The notes beneath the pieces were generated by a model. The model was not told where the DNA came from and made no database searches. It worked only from the letters and a program-made list of their open reading frames with translations. The position numbers and the translations under genes were made by a program. A stretch of 64,000 nt of DNA. Source: Leptospira sp. (GTDB taxonomy: Bacteria; Spirochaetota; Leptospiria; Leptospirales; Leptospiraceae). Within the stretch, counting starts at the first letter, position 1. Each line of letters starts with the position of its first letter. The stretch spans positions 1 through 64,000 of the forward strand of contig JAWXAQ010000030.1 of assembly GCA_034439575.1 (NCBI GenBank), read 5' to 3'. Positions 53,101 to 62,532 of this stretch are shown in pieces.

Positions 53101-53265
53101 GCCAATCGAATTCAGAAAAATTTGGGAATACAGGATGGAATCAATATCTTCACCATTTAAAATCAAAAATCCATTGCTAGCTTCATTGAAAACGATTTCA
53201 AAAATTTCATCAGGTGCTTTTTTTAATAGTTCAAGGATGATTTTGGATTGATTACTTTTGCTCAT
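50173..53265 (-). CDS. Cytoplasmic multi-PAS hybrid histidine kinase (HisKA-HATPase-REC)
   Basis: Several PAS/PAC units; FLANMSHEIRTPLNG, NLLSNAIKFT, DTGIG, GGTGLGL, FMDIQMP. Confidence 0.95.
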   Translation of the reverse strand: MSKSNQSKIILELLKKAPDEIFEIVFNEASNGFLILNGEDIDSILYSQIFLNSIGMTEMDSPPKLSEILDEAQINTLKNKLLNHSSKDWKEISFVNKKGQLYFFDYIIESYTNESNAMVHFVIFRNFTHSSSSIENSSNLEIYRVLDLIPSMIGYWDKNLNNVFANQAYSNWFGKSPKEIQGKHISYVLGEKIYNLNKSYLENVLKGESQVFEREFPEANGKGVRYSIANYIPAYDKDGNVDGFVAQVADITAIKEAKNKVEKSEAELRILLQSLPVGVTIIDDKNEIIEVNPKLEELLKLSKNSIISREYKNRKYLKSDYSEYSLDEMPSARCLKEKKIIADQIIGIELEDKNIIWINVTAVPLSSPGLSVMTISTDITERRKSEIELLNLKRMLEQTSRIARVGAWELKPDTRELFWSDITKEIHEVGMNFNPPLDEAINYYKDQDSREKIYESVNLAITKGIPFDYEFQLTTAKNNLKWVRVIAEVIFENGVCKKIFGSIQDITALRSHELMSQRLFAIVDSSTDAIYGKDLTGKILTWNRGAEHLFGFTSEEAIGKSTEILLPIDKQEEEQWIIEKYSKGESIVQLETQRKTKFGKLVDLSVSISPIYDLKGIVNGASVVARDIHEQKTIQEELKKAKILAEQASIAKSDFLANMSHEIRTPLNGIIGFTDLLLRTSLDHTQKDYLRTVFQSANSLLDIVSDILDFSKIEAGKLELNLERTSLGDLADEVINIVRYQANQKQIKLRLLIDPELPDFVEIDPLRIKQIIVNLLSNAIKFTEKGKIEFSITVLEKISDDKVKIRISIKDTGIGIAAQNQSKIFEAFTQEDFSTTRRFGGTGLGLSISNQLLSLMDSKIQLESELGEGSDFFFDLILESSDSSLFDFNSEIKRPLYDSAKPYITDVTLTIMIVEDNSVNMKLAYSILRRIAPNSNLIEAKNGREAVDLVNLKMPDIIFMDIQMPELNGYEASKAIRQITGAKLLPIIAVTAGTVLGERERCLEAGMNDYISKPAMKSDFERMMRLWIRK

Positions 53266-53425
53266 AAGCGAAATGAATTTGGATTCAAGTTAAAACCGAA
53301 GGTTGTCATTAGGGTCTTTACAATTTCCAAATAGGCAAGCGAAAACCTAATTTTTATATTGAGAATATTATTTTAATTTATAAAAACTGTAACTTTTTGA
53401 AAGCAATTTCGAAGGGAATACCAAG

Positions 53426-53863
53426 ATGCTTTTTCCATTTACCATATTTTTTATGCTAGTTTTTTCAAAGGGTATTTCCGCTGAACCGTTGATAATCACT
53501 TTAAACCAAACACCTTGTAAATTCAATGAGTTAGACAATCGAATTGGAAAAATTACAGCTGCTTCTTTTTCCGATTGTGAAAAATGGAATTCAGATTCGA
53601 TTACCAAAAATCTAGAAAAAATCAAGACACTAGAATTGAAAGAAGGTCAATATACCTTTCGAGTTTCAAATCATGGCATACCTTATGAAGTGGGCTTTTA
53701 TTTAAGGGGGGCAGGTATTGGAAGAATTTATTTGCCAAGCATAAGTGGTGGAGGTTTATTTGACGGTATAACAAAAGAGTATACAGTCTCTCTTAAAAAA
53801 GGAATCTACAAGATAAGTTGTCCTTTAAATCCCACGCCAGATTATGAATTGATAGTTAAATGA
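53426..53863 (+). CDS. Exported cupredoxin-like protein
   Basis: Signal peptide; LELKEGQYTFRVSN, YTVSLKKGIY.ISCPLNPTP. Confidence 0.7.
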   Translation: MLFPFTIFFMLVFSKGISAEPLIITLNQTPCKFNELDNRIGKITAASFSDCEKWNSDSITKNLEKIKTLELKEGQYTFRVSNHGIPYEVGFYLRGAGIGRIYLPSISGGGLFDGITKEYTVSLKKGIYKISCPLNPTPDYELIVK

Positions 53864-54354
53864 ATATGCAAAATACAATCAACAATTTGATACAAAGCTT
53901 AATTGACGTTATTTGCAATATTCCAGACGAATTGTACAATAAAAACTTACCTTTGTTTAATGGGGGAACGCTTGGACAACATTGCCGCCACATTTATGAA
54001 TTTTGTGAAATTTTATATAATTACCAAGGCATAGAACCATTATCTTATGATGATCGCAAAAGAGATCTCGAATTGGAAAATTCGAAAGAAATTATGATTT
54101 TAAAATTGAAAGAAATTCAAAATCATTCACTAGATCAAAATATAAAATTTTCATTTCCTTTATTGCATAAAATTAATAAGGAAGAATCCATAAAAATACT
54201 AACAACTTTCGAGAGAGAATTATTATTTGTATTGGACCATACAATTCATCATATGGCAATCATTAGAATCGGAATTGAAAAAGAATTACCAAGGTTTGAG
54301 TTACCATATGATTTCGGATTTACTCCTTCCACTCTATTAGCGAAAAAGGTTTAA
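53860..54354 (+). CDS. DinB/YfiT-family protein
   Basis: TLGQHCRHI, YDDRKRD, RELLFVLDHTIHHMA, FGFTPST. Confidence 0.85.
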   Translation: MNMQNTINNLIQSLIDVICNIPDELYNKNLPLFNGGTLGQHCRHIYEFCEILYNYQGIEPLSYDDRKRDLELENSKEIMILKLKEIQNHSLDQNIKFSFPLLHKINKEESIKILTTFERELLFVLDHTIHHMAIIRIGIEKELPRFELPYDFGFTPSTLLAKKV

Positions 54355-55968
54355 ATGATAAAAGAATTTGTACTTATTACTTTAAGTACACTTATCTCTG
54401 AAGATTTAACATGTATTAGTGTTGGATTATTGATCCAGGCAGACCAAATTAGCGTTTCAAATGGAATCCTTTCTTGTACTCTAGGAATATTTCTTGGCGA
54501 CTATTTACTTTTTCTCACTGGAAAAGAATTGCATGGTATGTTACGAAAAAGAGAAAAATTCCAATTTTTATTTACTAACGATTTTTTTACTAAAACGGCC
54601 ATAAAGTTAGAGAAAAATTATATTAAAACCATATTTCTTTCCAGATTTATGCCAGGGACACGTCTTCCAATTTATACGTTTGCTGGGATGACTTCAAAAA
54701 CATCATTGCCTTTTATATTTACTAGTTTTGTAGCATCCGTTATATGGACACCAGCGATGATTTATTTGTCATTTTTATATGGTGAATCGTTTAAAAAATT
54801 TTATGATACCAATTTATTCTATATATCACTAATACTCACTGGAAGTTCTCTATTTTTTCTTTATCAAATCATACTCGCTGTCGTACAAAAGGAGAGAAGA
54901 CTTCGATTTATGTTCATTTTGGCAAAAATTACAAAGTTGGAATTTTGGCCTTCATGGCTTTTTTATATCCCACTTGTACCTTACGTGTGTTATCTGATTG
55001 TTAGATATGGAAAAATAAACATCATTACAGCTTCGAATCCAGGTATCCCTTTTGGTGGTATCGCTCTGGAGTCAAAGTATGATATTCTTAGTTCCCTAAA
55101 ATCTGATCACATAACAAAGACCTATAAAGTTCATACAAATCAAAAAAAGGATCTTGCCCAGGAGTTAAAATTAGCGCTGGAATATTGTGGCGGGAAATTT
55201 CCTATCATATTAAAGCCAGATATTGGGGAGAGAGGATCAGGTGTGCATCTTGTCCATAGTTTTGAAGATGCAAAACATATATTAGAAAATCATAATATCG
55301 ATTATTTAGTGCAAGAATACCACCCAGGCCCCTTTGAAGCAGGAATTTTCTATTATAGATATCCAGGGGAAAGTATGGGAATAATTTTTTCCATCACTGA
55401 TAAAATCTTTCCCTATATTCTCGGGGATGGAAAATCCAGCCTTAGCATATTAATCAAAAATCACGATAGATTTAAATTCCAAGAGGAAACGTTTCAAAAA
55501 CGATTTTCAGAAAAACTAGATTGGATTCCTGAAATCGGCCAAAAGGTATCCTTGGGATTTGCTGGAAATCATATACAAGGATGTCTCTTTCAGGATGGAA
55601 GTCAATTGATCACAAAAGAACTAGCATTAAAAATAGATGAAATTTCAAAAACCTTTGATGGGTTCTATTTTGGAAGGTATGACATACGTTACATGAACGA
55701 AGAGGATTTGAAAAATGGGAAAAATTTCAAAATCATTGAATTGAATGGGGCAATGAGTGAATCAACCAATTTATATGATCCAAAATTTTCCATTTTTCAA
55801 TCATATTCCATTTTATTCAAACAATGGAAAATCCTATTCGAAATAGGAGCCGCAAATTATAAAAATGGAGCTAGAGTTTATACCTTAAGTTCCTTTATTC
55901 AATTGATGAAACAATATTCTATTTACAAAAAAAATCTAGATCCCATAGCAAAGGAAATCATGCTTTAA
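54355..55968 (+). CDS. DedA/VTT membrane domain fused to an ATP-grasp (D-Ala-D-Ala-ligase-like) domain
   Basis: SEDL, GD..LF..G, SRFMPGTR (DedA); KPDIGERGSGV, LVQEY, GRYDIR, IIELNG (ATP-grasp). Confidence 0.85.
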   Translation: MIKEFVLITLSTLISEDLTCISVGLLIQADQISVSNGILSCTLGIFLGDYLLFLTGKELHGMLRKREKFQFLFTNDFFTKTAIKLEKNYIKTIFLSRFMPGTRLPIYTFAGMTSKTSLPFIFTSFVASVIWTPAMIYLSFLYGESFKKFYDTNLFYISLILTGSSLFFLYQIILAVVQKERRLRFMFILAKITKLEFWPSWLFYIPLVPYVCYLIVRYGKINIITASNPGIPFGGIALESKYDILSSLKSDHITKTYKVHTNQKKDLAQELKLALEYCGGKFPIILKPDIGERGSGVHLVHSFEDAKHILENHNIDYLVQEYHPGPFEAGIFYYRYPGESMGIIFSITDKIFPYILGDGKSSLSILIKNHDRFKFQEETFQKRFSEKLDWIPEIGQKVSLGFAGNHIQGCLFQDGSQLITKELALKIDEISKTFDGFYFGRYDIRYMNEEDLKNGKNFKIIELNGAMSESTNLYDPKFSIFQSYSILFKQWKILFEIGAANYKNGARVYTLSSFIQLMKQYSIYKKNLDPIAKEIML

Positions 55969-56347
55969 AATATGTTTTGATATATGGTATTTTTTTTCTA
56001 TCATGAAAAAGAACATATAGTGAAAGTAAAAATACGAATACTGCCAATCCAAAAAGTAAACCTGAGTCATTCATAATCACTATACCCATTATAAATATAT
56101 GGGCGCTAATCGCACCAAACATAATTCCTAAACTAAATAGAGCACCTAGCCATGCTAAGGCTGGATAAATTAATAAAACAGAAGCGACCAATTCTAAAAT
56201 ACCACTAAGAATTCTGCCCCATGGCTCTACACCTAAACTAGAAAAAATAAAAACTGATTCCTCAGATGCTGTAAATTTAAAATACAATGTTTGGAGTAAT
56301 ATAAATGCTGCGATAAATCTACTAACATGATAAATAATTTGTTTCAT
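55958..56347 (-). CDS. DoxX-family membrane protein (alternative start 56362)
   Basis: LQTLYFKFT..ESV.IF..LGVEPWGRI.SGILE, GAISAH. Confidence 0.85.
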   Translation of the reverse strand: MKQIIYHVSRFIAAFILLQTLYFKFTASEESVFIFSSLGVEPWGRILSGILELVASVLLIYPALAWLGALFSLGIMFGAISAHIFIMGIVIMNDSGLLFGLAVFVFLLSLYVLFHDRKKIPYIKTYFKA

Positions 56348-56358
56348 ATCTTTAGATC

Positions 56359-57192
56359 TCAATGATTCAGAATGATGTCAACAACCAATTGAAATTTTGT
56401 CCAAGGAATAAAATGTCCTTCTTTATCTAATTCAATGATTTTGATTTTTGCAATTAGCGCTTGTTCCTTAATGTATTTCACATTTCCAATCGGAACTAAA
56501 AAATCACTTTTACCATGTAGAACAATCATTTCTTGGTTCAAAACTTTAAGTTTTGTTGATAAAGTTTTCAATTGTCCACGTAATGTTAACATTTCTTCAT
56601 TACTATTTTTTAAAAACATTGGTAGAATATAATTAAATATAGGTGAAGAAGCAAGTTCATTATACCACCTAACTTCCTCTAGTCCAGGATCAACAGGAGA
56701 AGAAATCAGAATCACCCTTTTTATATTTTTATTGATAGTGGCTATATCAATCACAATCGGACCGCCATACGAATGACCGACGAAAGTTATATTTTGATTC
56801 TGAATCCCCTTACTTTCAAAGAAATGATTTATAGTATGATTGATCATTTGAGATTGCAAAAAAATATCTGGGATGGGTCCTGTATTTTGAGAATTTCCAA
56901 ATCCAGGCCTATCCATCACGAGTAAGCAATATTTATTTTGTAATTCTTTGTGACGAAGGTATTTTTTGTAATCATTCCAGGAACCAGGAGACCCATGAAC
57001 AAATATTAGTATCTCGTTTTTATTTTCACTGCAAGAAGAGGATACGATAAATATAGAAGTATCTTTTCCATAATAACCCATTTCCTCATTCATTGAATCT
57101 AAATTCTTGTCACCTAATTTTGAATCAGCGAATTTATCACAATTCAAGATAAATAGTGAAAAAATTAAGATGATGAACTTAGATAAATTCAA
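56359..57192 (-). CDS. Alpha/beta hydrolase lipoprotein
   Basis: Lipobox ILNC; HGSPGS, DRPGFG, GHSYGG, HGKSDFLVP, GHFIPW. Confidence 0.9.
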   Translation of the reverse strand: MNLSKFIILIFSLFILNCDKFADSKLGDKNLDSMNEEMGYYGKDTSIFIVSSSCSENKNEILIFVHGSPGSWNDYKKYLRHKELQNKYCLLVMDRPGFGNSQNTGPIPDIFLQSQMINHTINHFFESKGIQNQNITFVGHSYGGPIVIDIATINKNIKRVILISSPVDPGLEEVRWYNELASSPIFNYILPMFLKNSNEEMLTLRGQLKTLSTKLKVLNQEMIVLHGKSDFLVPIGNVKYIKEQALIAKIKIIELDKEGHFIPWTKFQLVVDIILNH

Positions 57193-57195
57193 TTT

Positions 57196-58473
57196 TTAAA
57201 TGGCTAAGTACAAATCTCTAAATATCGAATTTGGTTTGATGGGATCAAGAGGATCCTGCAAGTTTATTCTAATGCCTTTCACCAAGTACATGTCGATCTC
57301 TCCTTTATTCTTCGCTGTGACTTTCCCCCTATACTCACATTCAAAGAAATCTTTGACCATTTCGTAAGTTTCTCTAGAAATATTCACTTCACCAACTAAA
57401 CCTGAACTTTCTAATCGACTTGCCGTATTCACGCTATCTCCCCAAATATCATATGCAAATTTATCAGTTCCCACAACACCGGCAATAGCAGGTCCTGTGT
57501 GAATCCCAAGTCTCAATTCCCAAACGGGTAAATTCTGCAATTGTCGCATCTCTTTATGATCCAACATAAATCTTTGAAATTCCAATCCACATAACACTGA
57601 GTCAATGGCATTTGTTTCATTCGCAATGGGTAGTCCACCAGCCGCCATATAAGCATCACCGATGGTTTTGATTTTTTCCATTTTATGGCTTTTGATGATC
57701 GAATCAAATCCTCGAAAATAAACGTCTAGTTCACCTAACAGTTCTTCCGGAGACATTGTTTCGGCAACTTTTGTAAATCCGGCCATATCAGTGAATAAAA
57801 TTGAAACTTTTTCAAATCTAACGGGTACAACTGAATTTGTTCTTTTCAATTCTTCTGCGACTGATTCAGGAAGTATATTTAACAATAGTGAATCGGATTT
57901 TTTTCGTTCAATATTCAAATTTCGAGATAGGATAAAAATCAAAATCCCTGTTAAAATCTGAACAAAGATATAATTTCCTCCAGCATCTAAATAACGATCC
58001 ATTTCACTTTGATAACTAACGATATATTCCTTATGGAAATATTCGATGGTGTAAAGGGAAGCTGTCACGGAGATATAAAAAAAATACAATAACCAAACAT
58101 GATGATTGCGAAGTAAAATCGTTGCAATTACAAGAGCTGGAATAAAATAATAATGATTTCCGCCGACAGAACCCCCATTATAAAACCACATCGCAGACAA
58201 ATATGTAAGTATGGTTAGGTTGAAAGGCCAGAATAAAATATAATAAATGCTTTTAATTCTTGAAATAAAATACATTCCGATCATAAGAAGACCGGAAGTG
58301 ATATTTAACAAAAAAATGATTTCAAAATTCTCTAAATAAAAAGCTCCTAGAGCCCCAAAAATATTGAGAACTCCATTAACCAAAGCGATGGTATTAAATA
58401 GTCGATGTTCTAATGAATTTTTTTTCGGATCACCAAATAGGAAATAAATTAAAGATAAAAGTTTCTCTTGCAT
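57196..58473 (-). CDS. Membrane-bound class III adenylate/guanylate cyclase
   Basis: TM helices; LLLNILP, LFTDMAGFT, KIKTIGDAYM, YDIWGDSVNTASRLES. The K and D specificity residues suggest adenylate cyclase. Confidence 0.94.
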   Translation of the reverse strand: MQEKLLSLIYFLFGDPKKNSLEHRLFNTIALVNGVLNIFGALGAFYLENFEIIFLLNITSGLLMIGMYFISRIKSIYYILFWPFNLTILTYLSAMWFYNGGSVGGNHYYFIPALVIATILLRNHHVWLLYFFYISVTASLYTIEYFHKEYIVSYQSEMDRYLDAGGNYIFVQILTGILIFILSRNLNIERKKSDSLLLNILPESVAEELKRTNSVVPVRFEKVSILFTDMAGFTKVAETMSPEELLGELDVYFRGFDSIIKSHKMEKIKTIGDAYMAAGGLPIANETNAIDSVLCGLEFQRFMLDHKEMRQLQNLPVWELRLGIHTGPAIAGVVGTDKFAYDIWGDSVNTASRLESSGLVGEVNISRETYEMVKDFFECEYRGKVTAKNKGEIDMYLVKGIRINLQDPLDPIKPNSIFRDLYLAI

Positions 58474-58531
58474 GATTATATTAGTTTGACTAAAGTTTCA
58501 AACAAAGCAAACAACTTATTTTACTTAAGTT

Positions 58532-60562
58532 TTATTTTTTATCACCAAACAAATATCCCTTTATCCCCCCAAAAGTATCCTTTACAGTTCCGATCGTTTT
58601 ATCAACAGTATCCGATGCCGTTGAGCCAGCTATTCCACCTAACAAGGCACCTGCAGGTCCTCCAAATAATAAAGTCCCGGTGTAAACTGAGGCAAGCCAT
58701 ACAGGATCAATATAAGCTACGTTTTTCCCATAAATTCCTTTATATAAAATAGGCAACTTGACTGCTTTGCCGACAAATCCAGATAAGGCGACTGTGAATT
58801 TTAAATTCATTTTTCCTGAATTCCCATAAACACCTGATCCCGTAGCATTTAAACCAACACCTGTCATTTCAAATTGATTTAGATACACATCCTTATTTTT
58901 GACGGTTACATTACCTACTATGGATTCGAAACCAGTGCTCTCACCTTTGGGACCATTGTAGTTTAAAATTTTTCCAATTTCAGCAACTGGTTTTATAAAA
59001 TTCGCATAACCCAAAAGTTGTCCTTTAACTATTTTGAATTTTGAATGCAAAATTAAAGATCTACCTATAGATTGTGGATTGTTTACATTTAGATCCGTCG
59101 AGACATTACCATAAAGAGTTCCCTTAATCAATTTATCTCGCGTAACAAAGGAGAGTGCCTTTTCGGAATTTATACCTGAAAGATTAGAAACTATATGTAT
59201 CTTTTTAGTTATTAAATCAAAATGGCCATTATTTTTAACTTGGCCATCAAAAACACCAATGATGAAATCTTTCAATAATATCTTATCATCTTTAAGCTCT
59301 ATGGGACCACGTACATACGTTATATTTGTTTTATTATAAATCGTTTTTTTAAGATCTAAAGTTATTAAAATATCATTCTTTATTTTAATTTTTTTAGCAT
59401 TCTCAGTGTTTGGTACATTCTTTTCGGAACTTGAAGGATTATTTGCAAAATAAACCGAACGTTGCAATTCTACTTTTGATAGATTTTGAACAAGAGGCAT
59501 TAATTTATCTACATTCAACTTTTCTGAAGTGATATTTAATTCTATTATTCTATTGTCTTCTGATTGTTTTAAAAATCCCTTTAAACCAACGGATGTGTCC
59601 TCATTCGAAAGTAGATTGAAATTCTTAATTTCTAAGTGTGAATTTTTGATCGCATAATCGAGAAAGAAGGAAACTTCAAGTGCAGGCAATTCCATTTTAT
59701 TTTTTGTTTTGATGCCCTGGAGTTTTAAGGAATCAAGATGAATCGAAAGATTATCTTCATTTTCTTTTAGGATGTTTAAAGATAAATCCAGAGATGTATC
59801 TTTAAAATCAGAAAGATAAAATATGGATGTAAAATCTGCAACCTGCGAAGGCTTAAAATTCAAAAATGAAATATGCGATTTTGTACGCACGGAACTCAAA
59901 TCCCAATTATTATTTGTTAAATAAGAATCTGATTGTAAGGAAATTTCATTACCATCCAATGCCATTTCAAGAATAGTTTCTATAACAAGGTCACTTTTAG
60001 AAAATTTCAAATCCAATGTATCGATTTTGATATTATGATTGGTTTTGATTTGTTTATCCGAATATTCTAATGTTATATTTTTTATATTTATATTTTTTGG
60101 CAACAATTGGAATACCGCGAGCGGGCCTTCGTCCACCTTTTCTTTGCCTTCATCAATTTCATGTGCATCACTTTTGAAATTTTCAACAATTTCAAATTTA
60201 CCTTTTTCATCTTTGACGAGTGAAACATTTCCATTTTCGATATCGACTGAATGTATAGAGACACTGTCGTTAATAAGTGAGAAGATGGAAAATTTAATAA
60301 TGATTTCTTCTATTTGACAAATTTCCTTTTCGCCTTTTAGAATTTTCAGTCCTTTGATTTTCATTCCAGGTCTTGGAAATACGACAGATCCAATTTCTTC
60401 ATATTCCACATCGAGAAGAAAAAAAGTTTGAATTTTTTCTTTTACGTAATCTTTAACAAGCCTTTGGTCCAATACCTGTTTGATTCCTACAAAACAAATG
60501 GAAATGAATAATAGAAAGGCAATTGTGGATTTATAAATAATTTTGAATACTTTGCTCTTCAT
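58532..60562 (-). CDS. AsmA-family protein
   Basis: N-terminal TM helix; long beta-rich body; C-terminal FESIVGNVTVKN...ATGSG. Confidence 0.75.
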   Translation of the reverse strand: MKSKVFKIIYKSTIAFLLFISICFVGIKQVLDQRLVKDYVKEKIQTFFLLDVEYEEIGSVVFPRPGMKIKGLKILKGEKEICQIEEIIIKFSIFSLINDSVSIHSVDIENGNVSLVKDEKGKFEIVENFKSDAHEIDEGKEKVDEGPLAVFQLLPKNINIKNITLEYSDKQIKTNHNIKIDTLDLKFSKSDLVIETILEMALDGNEISLQSDSYLTNNNWDLSSVRTKSHISFLNFKPSQVADFTSIFYLSDFKDTSLDLSLNILKENEDNLSIHLDSLKLQGIKTKNKMELPALEVSFFLDYAIKNSHLEIKNFNLLSNEDTSVGLKGFLKQSEDNRIIELNITSEKLNVDKLMPLVQNLSKVELQRSVYFANNPSSSEKNVPNTENAKKIKIKNDILITLDLKKTIYNKTNITYVRGPIELKDDKILLKDFIIGVFDGQVKNNGHFDLITKKIHIVSNLSGINSEKALSFVTRDKLIKGTLYGNVSTDLNVNNPQSIGRSLILHSKFKIVKGQLLGYANFIKPVAEIGKILNYNGPKGESTGFESIVGNVTVKNKDVYLNQFEMTGVGLNATGSGVYGNSGKMNLKFTVALSGFVGKAVKLPILYKGIYGKNVAYIDPVWLASVYTGTLLFGGPAGALLGGIAGSTASDTVDKTIGTVKDTFGGIKGYLFGDKK

Positions 60563-60601
60563 GATTTTATTGATTTTTATCAGTCTTCGAAAAAATTAAT
60601 T

Positions 60602-60997
60602 CTATAACTTAGATTGTTTTCTGACTAAGAAATAAAAATAAATTAATAAAATTCCATAAAACAAATCAAAAACGATAGGACCAAGGAGGAATATTCTCGC
60701 TTCACCTAAACTAAATAACAAAATCCAAGTGGAGGCTATAAACAATTTCACCAAACCGCCAATAAGTGCGAGAAGGCTATTTTCTATAGGTTTTAAACTT
60801 AAATAATAATATCCGATACCCAATACAAATATAGCAAACCAAAGATTGTAATGATAAAACTTAACAAGTGAATCTTCAAAGGTTCTGCCATAAAATAAAC
60901 TAGTATGAAGATCCAAGGCGATTAACGCTGATAATCCTGCCAATATATTTACAACAGCTGTGACTAAAAAAGCTCTTTTGAAAAAAATTAAATTCAT
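60602..60997 (-). CDS. Small four-TM membrane protein
   Basis: Hydrophobic 131-aa ORF in an operon-like run. Confidence 0.7.
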   Translation of the reverse strand: MNLIFFKRAFLVTAVVNILAGLSALIALDLHTSLFYGRTFEDSLVKFYHYNLWFAIFVLGIGYYYLSLKPIENSLLALIGGLVKLFIASTWILLFSLGEARIFLLGPIVFDLFYGILLIYFYFLVRKQSKL

Positions 60998-61009
60998 ATT
61001 TAGTATAAA

Positions 61010-61615
61010 TTATTTATCCTGTGATTCGTCAACTTTCTCATTCTCTTTCTGTTTGATATTAGAATCACTGACTTCTGAGCCCTCGAAAGGAATTTTTGTC
61101 TTTTCTACATCTAACAAAGGCCCTAGTTCAAAAATTTCAGAATACCCATAGGCCCTTAATGAATTGTAAGTCGAAAGATTCAATGATGCGGCCGGTGCTT
61201 TAGCGGCAAACGCGGCCGGACTCCCATCAAAATTATTATTACAGTATATTAGAATTTTTGACTTTTTCGATGGAATCACTTTTGCTAAGTTAGTTTCTGT
61301 AAATTCCGTAAAGGGTAAATTGAGGGCTCCCGTAATGTGACGAAGGTTATATCTTGATTCTGACCTCGCGTCTAAAACAATTACACCAGACTCCTTCATC
61401 ATAAGAAGAAATTTATCTTCTGTAAGTCGATGAGATTCTCTTGTTTCTGCCGAGGTATCTACGATCCTTTGAAATTCTTTGTAATCAATCAATTGATTTT
61501 GAAATTTATCTTCTGTAACTTTTCTTTGATTCGGTTTTTTTTTCTTGGATTTCGCATCCACCAAACCAATACAAACAAGAAATATTAATATCCCAAATAA
61601 AGATTTAAATTTCAT
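61010..61615 (-). CDS. Exported rhodanese-like domain protein
   Basis: Signal peptide; [23 protein letters not shown]. Confidence 0.85.
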   Translation of the reverse strand: MKFKSLFGILIFLVCIGLVDAKSKKKKPNQRKVTEDKFQNQLIDYKEFQRIVDTSAETRESHRLTEDKFLLMMKESGVIVLDARSESRYNLRHITGALNLPFTEFTETNLAKVIPSKKSKILIYCNNNFDGSPAAFAAKAPAASLNLSTYNSLRAYGYSEIFELGPLLDVEKTKIPFEGSEVSDSNIKQKENEKVDESQDK

Positions 61616-61769
61616 ATCATCCTACCCATTGGCAAACCAATTGAACCAAATTTTGCTTATGCAAAATATGATAGGACCAAATTTTCATTTAGTAAAGCAA
61701 GATTTACGTAATCAAAAACAGGTTAATTTTGCACTTGCCGATAAAATGCATTCGGAATCCCTTCCATTT

Positions 61770-62279
61770 ATGGGACAACTTACAGCGACAATCAAAACAA
61801 ACAAGGGCGACATTCGCCTCACCTTATTTGCTGACAAAACACCAAACACTGTGGCAAATTTTGTGAACTTAGCGAATCGAAAATTTTATGATGGTTTGAA
61901 ATTTCATAGGGTCATCGCGGATTTTATGGTCCAAGGCGGATGTCCACTGGGAACTGGAACGGGTGGACCAGGTTATAAATTTCGAGATGAATTTTCGAGC
62001 GAACTCAAACACAATAAACCAGGCATTCTTTCCATGGCAAATGCCGGACCTGGAACAAATGGCAGTCAATTTTTTATCACACACGTCCCAACTCCATGGT
62101 TAGATGGGAAACATACTGTGTTTGGTGCGATCATTGATGAAACAGATCAAAAAGTTGTGGATGCGATCACTCAAGGTGACAAAATAGAATCCATAAGTTT
62201 TGATGGTGATACTGCTTCAGTATTATCGATCGCTCAAGCGAATGTGGATGAATGGAATCAAATTTTGGATAAAAAATAA
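61770..62279 (+). CDS. Cyclophilin-type peptidyl-prolyl cis-trans isomerase
   Basis: [50 protein letters not shown] 61770. Confidence 0.96.
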   Translation: MGQLTATIKTNKGDIRLTLFADKTPNTVANFVNLANRKFYDGLKFHRVIADFMVQGGCPLGTGTGGPGYKFRDEFSSELKHNKPGILSMANAGPGTNGSQFFITHVPTPWLDGKHTVFGAIIDETDQKVVDAITQGDKIESISFDGDTASVLSIAQANVDEWNQILDKK

Positions 62280-62343
62280 TTACTTAATTTTTAAATATTT
62301 CGTCTAACATTAGAGAATGGATTCATAATCATAGGAGTCTGTT

Positions 62344-62532
62344 ATGGCGAAAAAAGATAAAGAGTTCGAACAAAAAATAAAAATGGCTAAACAAGTTTCT
62401 CGTATACTTTTTAGCCACAAACCGACGAAAGTCAAACCTTCTGCAAAAATGTATTCCAGGAAAAAAAAAGAACTTCCTGGAATTTTTTTTATTTTACCGT
62501 TCCTAAATCTATATACGCACCATCATTCATAA
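62344..62532 (+). CDS. Small basic protein, candidate ArfA/BrfA-like ribosome rescue factor made from a non-stop mRNA
   Basis: RBS AGGAG at 62333-62337; Lys/Arg-rich residues 1-42 ending PTKVKPSAKMYSRKKK; terminator-like hairpin inside the ORF. The coding call is more secure than the function. Confidence 0.6.
   Translation: MAKKDKEFEQKIKMAKQVSRILFSHKPTKVKPSAKMYSRKKKELPGIFFILPFLNLYTHHHS
62453..62490 (+). terminator. Intrinsic terminator inside the 62344 ORF (may also serve the convergent gene)
   Basis: ATTCCAGGAA-(11 nt)-TTCCTGGAAT with a T8 run at 62483-62490. Confidence 0.75.
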
